Assembly: GCA_035498035.1 (NCBI GenBank)
Contig: DATKAN010000025.1
Span: 17,190-81,189 of the forward strand
Origin: Nitrospiria bacterium
GTDB taxonomy: Bacteria; Nitrospirota; Nitrospiria; JACQBZ01
Reading direction: 5' to 3'
Length of the DNA: 64,000 nucleotides
The position numbers were made by a program, and so were the translations under genes. Below, piece by piece: positions 56,698 through 64,000 of this stretch. A model generated the notes under the pieces. That model saw only the letters and a list, made by a program, of their open reading frames with translations. It had not been told where the DNA came from and made no database searches. The stretch's first letter is position 1, and each line of letters begins with the position of its first letter.

Positions 56698-57716
56698 GGG
56701 ATCACCACCTTTTCCCCTTCCCGCAGGCCCTGTAGGACTTCGGCGTCCCATCGGTCCATCGCCCCCGGAACCACCCTTCGAATATCGGGCCCGCCTCCGC
56801 CCCGATCGTCCTTCACCACCCTCACGAAGGAACCGTTCTCATCCTGTTGAATCGCACGACGCGGGATCTTCAAGACATGGTCGCGCCGGACGACGTCGAT
56901 CTTGACATCCACGGTCATCCCCTGTTTCAGATCGGACTTCGCCGATTGCGGCAGCTCGATTTTCGCCTCCAAGACCTTGGTGTCGGTGATCCGTGACGGG
57001 TCCTCCAGCTTGATCGACCGCTTGCCGACGCGCTCCCCGATCTCGATCACTTTCCCGGTGAAGACGCGGCCCGGATAGGCGTCCGAGGTGATCGAGGCCT
57101 CCTGGCCGAGGGCCAGATGTCCCACGTCGTCTTCGTCGATCTCGGCCCGAACCCGGATGGCCGAGACATCCGCGATCGTGAGGATGGGCAAGCCCGCCTT
57201 GACCGACTCGCCCGCCTCCCGGTATTTCGCGATCACCAGGCCCGAAACGGGGGAGGCGATGTGCATATCCTTTAAAAGCGCTTCGGCCATTTCGAGACGG
57301 GCGCGGGCCAGGTCCCGCTTCGCATCGGCGTCATCAAACTGCGCCTTTGAAGCGGCGTTGGACTGAAGAAGGCGCCGGGCGCGTGAATAGGTGAGTTCCG
57401 CATCCTTGAGTTCGGCGCGGCCCTGGTCGACGGCGGCCCTGGCGTACGCATCGTCCATGGTAATGACGACCTGATCCTTCGCGACCTCCTCTCCTTCCTT
57501 CACGGCGATGGATTGGATCCGCCCATCGACCTTTCCGGCCAGATCCACGGTCGTCTTGGCCTCGACCCTCCCGCGGGCCGCGATGCGGTCCAGGATGTTG
57601 CCGTAGACCACCGCCGCCGTTGGCCCGGAGTCGGCCGGCCCGCGAAGCATCCGTACGCCGATGACGCCCAGACCCGCGGCCAGAATCAGGAGGACGATCC
57701 ACTTGGCGCGCTTCAT
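56694..57716 (-). CDS. Periplasmic adaptor (membrane fusion protein), MacA/DevB-like
   Basis: N-terminal TM, biotinyl/lipoyl-like halves, coiled coil. Confidence 0.8.
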   Translation of the reverse strand: MKRAKWIVLLILAAGLGVIGVRMLRGPADSGPTAAVVYGNILDRIAARGRVEAKTTVDLAGKVDGRIQSIAVKEGEEVAKDQVVITMDDAYARAAVDQGRAELKDAELTYSRARRLLQSNAASKAQFDDADAKRDLARARLEMAEALLKDMHIASPVSGLVIAKYREAGESVKAGLPILTIADVSAIRVRAEIDEDDVGHLALGQEASITSDAYPGRVFTGKVIEIGERVGKRSIKLEDPSRITDTKVLEAKIELPQSAKSDLKQGMTVDVKIDVVRRDHVLKIPRRAIQQDENGSFVRVVKDDRGGGGPDIRRVVPGAMDRWDAEVLQGLREGEKVVIP

Positions 57717-58387
57717 GATACCAGAACTCCGTCTTCCAATCGATAGACATGGTGAACCAGATCCATCATCCGCGTGTCGTGCGTCACGACCACGACGGAC
57801 CGGTTTTCCTTGACCACCAGGTCCCGCAGCAATTCAATGACGGCGTGCCCCGTTTTGGAATCCAAATTTCCGGTCGGCTCGTCCGCCAGGATCAGGGGCG
57901 GACGGTTCACCAGCGCCCGCGCGATCGAGACGCGCTGTTTCTGCCCGCCGCTCAGATCGCGCGGGAGAAAATCCGCTCGGTCGCCGAGTCCGACGGCCTC
58001 CATCATCTCCCGGGCCCGTCGCCTCGCCTCCGGTCCCCTGCGCCCCCGAAGGTCGAGGGCCACCTCAACATTTTCCAGCGCGGTCAGCGCCGAAAATAGA
58101 TTGAAGCTTTGAAACACGAACCCGATTGATTCCAGACGGACCCGCGAGAGGTCGTCCGCCTCCCAACGCACCGGACGTCCGTCGATGATCACCTCGCCTT
58201 GGGTCGGCCGGAGGATGCAGCCGATCATCGAGAGCAGGGTCGTCTTGCCGGACCCGGACGGCCCCATGATTGCGACGCTTTCCCCCGGCTTGACCCGAAG
58301 CGACACGTCGCGCACCGCCTCCACGGTCACGGGGCCTTCTTCGTAGACTTTGCGAAGCCCTTTGGCTTCCAATACATAATGGCTCAT
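57713..58387 (-). CDS. ABC transporter ATP-binding protein, MacB/LolD/DevA-type
   Basis: Walker A GPSGSGKTT, signature LSGGQKQR, Walker B LILADEPT. Confidence 0.85.
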   Translation of the reverse strand: MSHYVLEAKGLRKVYEEGPVTVEAVRDVSLRVKPGESVAIMGPSGSGKTTLLSMIGCILRPTQGEVIIDGRPVRWEADDLSRVRLESIGFVFQSFNLFSALTALENVEVALDLRGRRGPEARRRAREMMEAVGLGDRADFLPRDLSGGQKQRVSIARALVNRPPLILADEPTGNLDSKTGHAVIELLRDLVVKENRSVVVVTHDTRMMDLVHHVYRLEDGVLVS

Positions 58388-58449
58388 TGCAAACTCATCC
58401 TTTACACCAGAAGCGGCTGGCATGTCTCCTCTCGGCTTCGCGGCGCTGC

Positions 58450-58547
58450 TTTGACCCGACTAAGGCTGGGCCGCTGAATTTCACGAAGAATCTTGGCGCG
58501 AGATTTTCCCCGTTAGCACGGGGTCGCAGCCTTCGCCAAGTCGGGTA
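58450..58547. repeat. Repeat family B, copy 2, intergenic between the FtsX permease and the ATPase
   Basis: Terminal stem ACCCGACT / AGTCGGGT. Internal CCCCG-ttagca-CGGGG hairpin. Confidence 0.5.
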
Positions 58548-58594
58548 TCCCCAAAGCGGCGCCGAGGCCGCCGTTCGGAGCCGTGCCGGCCGCT

Positions 58595-59716
58595 TCATAC
58601 CCGGAACACCATCACGGGATCGAGCGTCCTCACCTTCCGGATCGACACGATCGAGGCCGAAAGACACATCGCCAGCGTGAGCAACGAGACGGCGCCCATC
58701 AACGGCGGAGGAATCAGCATGGCGATCCCCAGCGCGTCATAGCCCTTCTTGATCAGCAGCACCAGCCCCAGACCGACGATAAAACCGATGACCGCATTCA
58801 CGGCCGCCTGCTCCAGAATAATTTTATAGATCGTCCAGTTCGTCGCCCCGATGGCCTTGAGCGTCCCGAACTCCCGAATATGCTCGATGGTGGAGGAATA
58901 GATTGTCTGGCTGACCACCACCATGCCGACCACGAAACCCACGAAGGCCGTCAGCAGAAACCCCATTCCCATGCCCGTGGCGACGGTCCAGTACCGGCGG
59001 GTCTTGGCGCTCAACCCGGCCTGCGTGTAGACATCCACGTTCTGAACGTGCTCCCGGATGCGCCGAGCGACCTCCTCAACCGATTGCCCGGGATCCGTTT
59101 TGATCAGAAGGAAAACCGGCTCACGGAAGTAAGGATTAAACAGCGCGGCCGTGTCGTAGGATGTGATCACGTAGGGCGCGGTCGTGATCGACTTGAGCCC
59201 CCGCGTCAACCCGACCACCTTGACGCGGTAATCGTTGATCTCGCGGACATCCCCCACCTTGAGACGGCCCAGGCGCTTGACCGAGGACTGATCCACGATC
59301 ACGAACTCGCCCCCCTTCACGTCCGTCGGCCGGCCCTCCGCCAGACGCCAGGGAAAGCCGAAGGGTCCTTCGGGATCCAGTCCGAGGATCTCGACCTGCT
59401 CCGTCCCGCCGCTGAACAGCTTCATCACCCCCCAGGAGTGGATCATCTTTTCGACCTCGGCCACGCCCTTCACCTCTTTGACCTGCTCCAGCTTGCGCTC
59501 CGAGATCGGCCAGGCGAAATTGAAGTTCTGAAGATTTTTTGACGTGACCCAAATTTCGGCCGGGATCGACTGCACGATAAACGAGGCGTCCTGCATGAAG
59601 CCGAGATACACGCCGACGGTGGTGAAGATCAGGACGACCGAGAACGTGATGCCGATGAGGGTGATGGCGAAACGGGTCCGGTCGTGAAAAAGATTTTTTC
59701 GGGCGATCGAGGGCAT
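58595..59716 (-). CDS. FtsX-family ABC permease (MacB/DevC-like)
   Basis: N-terminal TM, large periplasmic MacB_PCD-like domain, C-terminal 3-TM FtsX module. Confidence 0.8.
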   Translation of the reverse strand: MPSIARKNLFHDRTRFAITLIGITFSVVLIFTTVGVYLGFMQDASFIVQSIPAEIWVTSKNLQNFNFAWPISERKLEQVKEVKGVAEVEKMIHSWGVMKLFSGGTEQVEILGLDPEGPFGFPWRLAEGRPTDVKGGEFVIVDQSSVKRLGRLKVGDVREINDYRVKVVGLTRGLKSITTAPYVITSYDTAALFNPYFREPVFLLIKTDPGQSVEEVARRIREHVQNVDVYTQAGLSAKTRRYWTVATGMGMGFLLTAFVGFVVGMVVVSQTIYSSTIEHIREFGTLKAIGATNWTIYKIILEQAAVNAVIGFIVGLGLVLLIKKGYDALGIAMLIPPPLMGAVSLLTLAMCLSASIVSIRKVRTLDPVMVFRV

Positions 59717-59737
59717 GGGTGATACCCCGTGCGTTAT

Positions 59738-59765
59738 GTAGGGGCGTATCGCGATACGCCCCTAC
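59738..59765. repeat. 28-bp perfect palindrome GTAGGGGCGTATCGCGATACGCCCCTAC (palindrome family C, copy 2)
   Basis: Between the tetR stop (59773) and the permease ATG (59716). Perfect dyad. Confidence 0.6.
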
Positions 59766-59772
59766 GATCCGA

Positions 59773-60483
59773 TTATTTTACGAAGAAACCGGTCGCAAAC
59801 AATTTCATCAGGGTCTCTTTCGCCTCTTCCAGGGTATAGGGTTTCTCTTTTTTGAACAGGTTCGGATGGGTCTTGCGCAAGAGCCAGCCGAGAACGATGT
59901 TCTCGACCGCGCCGAACAGCAGGCCGCGCGCGATCTTGGCGTTGATGTCGCTTCGAATCAGCCCCCGGTCGATTCCCTCTTTTAAGACGGCCTCGAGCAG
60001 GTCGAGAAATTCCAGGATCACCGACATCGGCCGGTTGGAAAAACATTTTCCGCTCTGGCGGAGTTCCACCAGGAAGACCTCGGCCAGCATGGGATCGGCC
60101 TCGAAGAGATCCAGCACCGTCGTCAGCACCACGGCCAATTTTTGTATCGGGTCCCCGATCGGGTCGAGCTTCGTCCGCAAGGCCCGGAGGAGGTCCCGCC
60201 AGGTCTGATCAAAAATGGTGAGGATCAGATCGTCTTTGCTCTTGAAGTAGTTGTAGATCGTGCCCTCGGCCACGCGGGCCTCGCGCGCGATCACGGCCGT
60301 GCGGGCGCGGGAAAATCCGTAGCGGGCGAACACCTTGATCGCGGCCTTGAGGATAAGATCCTTGCGGTTAAGCGGGCGGCCGGCTCGCCCCGCGCGGGCG
60401 CGGGACGGGGGGGTCTCGGAGGACCGTGCATTTTTATTCTCCGCACGGGCCCCCGCGTATAAGTTGACGGATGGCCGGGCCAT
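59773..60483 (-). CDS. TetR/AcrR-family transcriptional regulator
   Basis: N-terminal HTH (ILKAAIKVFARYGFSRARTAVIAREARVAEGTIYNYFKSKD). Confidence 0.8.
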   Translation of the reverse strand: MARPSVNLYAGARAENKNARSSETPPSRARAGRAGRPLNRKDLILKAAIKVFARYGFSRARTAVIAREARVAEGTIYNYFKSKDDLILTIFDQTWRDLLRALRTKLDPIGDPIQKLAVVLTTVLDLFEADPMLAEVFLVELRQSGKCFSNRPMSVILEFLDLLEAVLKEGIDRGLIRSDINAKIARGLLFGAVENIVLGWLLRKTHPNLFKKEKPYTLEEAKETLMKLFATGFFVK

Positions 60484-60584
60484 GGGAATCGGATCCGATG
60501 ATGAGTGAGTAATCACTCATCATATTAAAGGGGTGGCCCGCCGTTGTCAAGGCGAAGGCCAGCCGAGTTCCGGGCGGAATGGCG

Positions 60585-62702
60585 CTAGGACGGATTGCTA
60601 ACGGAGGTCGAGGATAAACCCCACGGCGATTCATGCAACCACCGCATGAGGTCGTCGGCAGGCATCGGTTTGCACATATAATAGCCCTGGGCGATATCAC
60701 AGCCCAAGGTCTCCAGGCGGTCCCAAAGGTCCTTGTTCTCCAGGCCCTCCGCGACCGCCCGGAGACCCAGGTTGTGCGCGAGATCGATCGTGGAACGGAC
60801 AATCACGGTATTATTCGGATTCCGGATCATGTTAACGATGAAGGACTTGTCGATCTTGATCGTGTCCACCGGAAGCTTTTGAAGATAGTCCAGCGAGGAG
60901 TAGCCGATTCCGAAGTCGTCAATCGAAAAATGAATGCCCATCCCGTGAAGCTTCATCAGCACGTCCAGGGCATGGACGGGATCGGACATGATGGCGCTCT
61001 CGGTGATCTCAAATTGCATCCAGTCGGGGTTCACCCCCGTCGATCGAAGTTGCTCGCCCACCTGAGTCGGCAGCTTCGGATCCAGCAGGTTTCTCGCCGA
61101 TAGATTGACGGAAACCGTGAGTTCCATTCCGGCCTCCCGCCAGGCTTTACACTGTCGCATGCCGGCGGCCACGACCCACCGGGTGAGGGGATGGATCAGA
61201 CCGGTCTGCTCCGCGGGCAGAATGAACTGATCCGGCGGGATCATCCCCCGGTGCGGATGGTTCCAGCGGACCAGGCCCTCGACCCCCATGATGTGTCGGG
61301 TCTTCATGTCGATCTTGGGCTGGTAGAACAGAGTAAGCTCGTTATGCTCGATGGCGAAATGCAGCTCGCCCATCAGGCCAAGACGCTGCGGGCTGTGTTT
61401 GTCCCGGGCGGGGTCGTATACGATGTAGGAGGCGCCGGTCTTCTTGGAGACATGCATCGCAACGTCCGCCCGCCGAAACAAAACCTCGGCCGACTCCCCG
61501 TGATCGGGATAAAGCGCAACCCCGATGCTCGCCTCGATCCGAACCGGAATGTTGTCAATCAAAAATGGATGATCCAACACGTTCAGTATTTTTTGAACCG
61601 CCAGGGCGATATCGCCCGAGTCCGCCAGATCGATCATCAAAACCGTAAATTCGTCCCCTCCCGGCCGCGCCACGATGTCACGGTCGTACATGGCGGTTCG
61701 CAACCTCTCACCGACCCGTTTTATGATCTCGTCGCCCCGGCCGTGTCCCAATGTATCATTGATCTCTCTAAAACGATTCAGGTTCATGACCAAAAGGGCT
61801 GTCCGTTTGTTTCCTTCGGCGCCGGTCCGTATCCTGCTGACCAAGCGATTGTAGAGCAGGCTGCGGTTTGGAAGACCGGTCAGCGTGTCATAATATGCCA
61901 CCCGCTGCGCCATTTCTTCCGCCGCCCGGCGCTCGGTGATGTCCCTGAAATACCAAACTCGGCCATAGTACCTGTCATCCGCGCCGAACATGGGTGCGGA
62001 ATGGCGGTCGACGACCCGCCCATCCGCCAGCGACAACTCCTCATGACTTCTTTCTTGCTTATGCTCGTACAGATACCTGACCCTCGCGAGAAAAGCTTCC
62101 GGATCCTTCATCTGACGAACGACAGACTGGAGCACGGGCTCATCGACTGCCGCCCGGACCATCTCCTCGGGGATGCCCCAAAGGTCGACAAATTGCTTGT
62201 TATAGGAAATGATTCTTGCCTCCTCGTCCACCACCAAGATCGCATCCGGTGAAGTCTCCTGCTGGGTCGAGAGAATGGCATTCCGGAATTTTAGTTCTTC
62301 CTCCGCCTGTCTGCGGGTCCGACGGATCTCCGCTTCCCGCAATTCCCGTTCCACCGCCGGCAGCAATCGTTGCAGATTGTATTTCATGACGCAGTCGTGC
62401 GCGCCGGCTTTCATGGCCTCCACCGCCACATCCTCGCCGATCACGCCGGACACGATGATGAACGGCAGGTCGAGCCCACTTTCTTGCAACAACTTCAAGG
62501 CCGCCGGTGCGCTGAACTGCGGAAGGTTATAATCACTGATCACGATATTCCACGCCTGTTCGGCGAGCGCCCCGCCCATGGTCTGCTCGGTGTCCACCCG
62601 CCGATAGACCGGTTCATACCCGCCGCGCCGAAGTTCATGAACCAACAACCCCGCGTCTTCTTCCGAATCTTCAACGATTAATACGCGAATGGATTTACTC
62701 AT
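60585..62702 (-). CDS. Response regulator with PAS, GGDEF and EAL domains (c-di-GMP turnover)
   Basis: REC (VLIVEDSEED...D...), PAS, GGDEF motif intact, EAL domain with EGLVRW, DDFGIGYSSL, KIDKSF. The 173 aa of the ORF upstream of the MSKSIRV start lack homology and are dropped. Confidence 0.85.
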   Translation of the reverse strand: MSKSIRVLIVEDSEEDAGLLVHELRRGGYEPVYRRVDTEQTMGGALAEQAWNIVISDYNLPQFSAPAALKLLQESGLDLPFIIVSGVIGEDVAVEAMKAGAHDCVMKYNLQRLLPAVERELREAEIRRTRRQAEEELKFRNAILSTQQETSPDAILVVDEEARIISYNKQFVDLWGIPEEMVRAAVDEPVLQSVVRQMKDPEAFLARVRYLYEHKQERSHEELSLADGRVVDRHSAPMFGADDRYYGRVWYFRDITERRAAEEMAQRVAYYDTLTGLPNRSLLYNRLVSRIRTGAEGNKRTALLVMNLNRFREINDTLGHGRGDEIIKRVGERLRTAMYDRDIVARPGGDEFTVLMIDLADSGDIALAVQKILNVLDHPFLIDNIPVRIEASIGVALYPDHGESAEVLFRRADVAMHVSKKTGASYIVYDPARDKHSPQRLGLMGELHFAIEHNELTLFYQPKIDMKTRHIMGVEGLVRWNHPHRGMIPPDQFILPAEQTGLIHPLTRWVVAAGMRQCKAWREAGMELTVSVNLSARNLLDPKLPTQVGEQLRSTGVNPDWMQFEITESAIMSDPVHALDVLMKLHGMGIHFSIDDFGIGYSSLDYLQKLPVDTIKIDKSFIVNMIRNPNNTVIVRSTIDLAHNLGLRAVAEGLENKDLWDRLETLGCDIAQGYYMCKPMPADDLMRWLHESPWGLSSTSVSNPS

Positions 62703-62823
62703 GGTTGTTTTTCCTGACCGTTTCTGAACGCCGCCCCCGGCGTTTTGCAGAGGGCGAGAAGGTCCGCCGATTTCGCCGCCAGGCAAAGGCGTGCCGCCGT
62801 GCGCGGCAAGAGGGTCGATCCAC

Positions 62824-64000
62824 CTAAAACCTCCACGCAATCTTTCCGTAGACGCTGCGCTGAATTTCCACCCGAGTCGGGCTTGGAGGACCAAATTCCG
62901 GATGATGGTCGTGCAGAAGGTTTTGTCCGACGACGGAGAGTTCGAGGCTGCTGATCGGACGCCAGCCGATGCGGACGTCCAATTCATGGTAGCTCGGCAC
63001 GGTTTCGGCCACCCCGGCATTGTTGACGTGCAATTCGTCCACCCAGCGCAGGCCGGCGTCGAGTTCCACGTTGTGTGGCAGATCCATGGAGGAACGCAGT
63101 GAGAACTGGTGTTCAGGGTCGCCCGTTTCATTGAGCGCATTATTGAAGTCCGTCTCGCCCGGCTTGACGCGAATGTGCTCCTTGAGAAGATTGTAACCGC
63201 CGTGCAACCGCCACCAATCAAGCACCTGGTAATTGGCGCTCAACTCGCCTCCGTACGTCTTGCCTTCGAGATTGTTTTCGAAGAAAAAGGGCAGGATCGT
63301 GACGGGAGTAAGGCTTGTGCTTCTTATTTGATCGTAATCGTTGTAGAAGGTCGATATGGAGGCGGAAACCTTCTGACCCAGTCGGGCCCGATAGCCCAGT
63401 TCATATGCGATCACCGTTTCGGAATCGAAGTCGGACCCCCCCTCCAGAAGGACGAGGTAAGGCGGCGCGGGCTCGGATAGGTCCCGGTCAATGCGGGAGG
63501 GCGTCCGAACCGCGCGGGATACGGCCGACCAGATCGTCTGTTGCTCGGTGGGTGTCCAAGCGAGCCGAACGTTGGGCTCCACTTCCAATCCGGTATAATC
63601 GTTGTGTTCGATCTTCGTCCCCAGCGTGAAGGACAGCTTCTCCAAAAGCGCAATTTCATCCTGCACAAATCCGCTGTATAGGTTGTGATCCAGAACCGAC
63701 GGGAAAAAAGCCAGTCCGGGCGAGTTTCCAACCACATCATGGGTAAAGCGGTAACCGAGACCCCACACGAACCGGTGTCGCCCCAATCGGAAATTGTGCT
63801 GAAAATCGATGTCGACGGTGTCGAGGTCGTCCTGGAAGAGGCCGGCGGGCGCGAACGGGGTTGAATTAATCACAAGGGGGGGGGTCGGGTCCGCAAGATG
63901 CGTCCGATCGTAGTACAATTGCAGGCTCATATCGGAATCGTTCGAAAAAACGTGCGACCAGCGGCCCAGAATATTTCCGCCGCTGACCCCGGCTTGGTCT
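62824..64000 (-). CDS. Outer-membrane beta-barrel protein, C-terminal part (possibly TonB-dependent-receptor barrel); N-terminus off window
   Basis: Reading frame stays open to the window edge. Beta-strand periodicity and C-terminal ...GKIAWRF. Confidence 0.5.
   Translation of the reverse strand, partial: DQAGVSGGNILGRWSHVFSNDSDMSLQLYYDRTHLADPTPPLVINSTPFAPAGLFQDDLDTVDIDFQHNFRLGRHRFVWGLGYRFTHDVVGNSPGLAFFPSVLDHNLYSGFVQDEIALLEKLSFTLGTKIEHNDYTGLEVEPNVRLAWTPTEQQTIWSAVSRAVRTPSRIDRDLSEPAPPYLVLLEGGSDFDSETVIAYELGYRARLGQKVSASISTFYNDYDQIRSTSLTPVTILPFFFENNLEGKTYGGELSANYQVLDWWRLHGGYNLLKEHIRVKPGETDFNNALNETGDPEHQFSLRSSMDLPHNVELDAGLRWVDELHVNNAGVAETVPSYHELDVRIGWRPISSLELSVVGQNLLHDHHPEFGPPSPTRVEIQRSVYGKIAWRF

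Noticed and set aside
62722-62745. Hairpin ACGCCG-CCCC-CGGCGT followed by TTTG upstream of the GGDEF-EAL gene
   Set aside because: Terminator-like only in the plus-strand (antisense) direction, where no gene ends. Most likely a 5'-UTR structure. Not called.
1-64000. Search for CRISPR arrays, tRNA/rRNA genes, transposases/integrases
   Set aside because: No spaced direct-repeat arrays, no cloverleaf-like tRNA candidates in intergenic regions, no transposase/integrase-like ORFs seen. The three repeat families are 2-copy elements, not arrays.

Overview
High-GC (about 60-65%) bacterial chromosomal segment, densely coded on both strands. No rRNA, tRNA, CRISPR, transposase or integrase found. Housekeeping content: a tRNA T-loop modification cluster (trmI partial, ttuA-like PP-loop thiolase, ThiS/MoaD-like carrier), amgK/murU muropeptide recycling pair, ispB-like polyprenyl synthase, rlmI, rnpB (RNase P RNA, minus strand), thiL, lon, hsp20, galU, coaE, a MoxR-DUF58-transglutaminase triad, NfeD/stomatin pair, GAF-histidine kinase/NarL pair, a P3A-type proton ATPase, and two c-di-GMP signalling proteins. 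Three regions stand out. (1) A LexA-headed cassette at 37.8-42.7 kb: lexA, C4 Zn-ribbon, degenerate RecA-fold ImuA-like protein, small helical protein, a family-B DNA polymerase with inactivated exonuclease and eroded polymerase motifs, and an SRAP/YedK protein. This looks like an undescribed SOS damage-tolerance/mutagenesis module in which a PolB replaces ImuB/DnaE2. (2) A Fur-headed island at 10.8-18.0 kb: FtrB-like cupredoxin, FTR1 permease, Com-like Zn-finger, porin, an ApbE flavin-transferase fused to its own FMN-bind substrate domain via a Tat-like internal anchor, a His-rich 4-TM protein, two type-1 copper cupredoxins and an outer-membrane barrel. This is a candidate flavin/copper trans-envelope redox module coupled to iron uptake. 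(3) A double efflux supercluster at 50.9-60.5 kb (TetR, DevCA/MacAB-like, shared TolC, YbhGFSR-like) whose intergenic spacers carry three small element families: a ~95-nt repeat, a ~95-nt repeat with compensatory stem changes, and 28-bp perfect palindromes. Each family has one other copy in the window.
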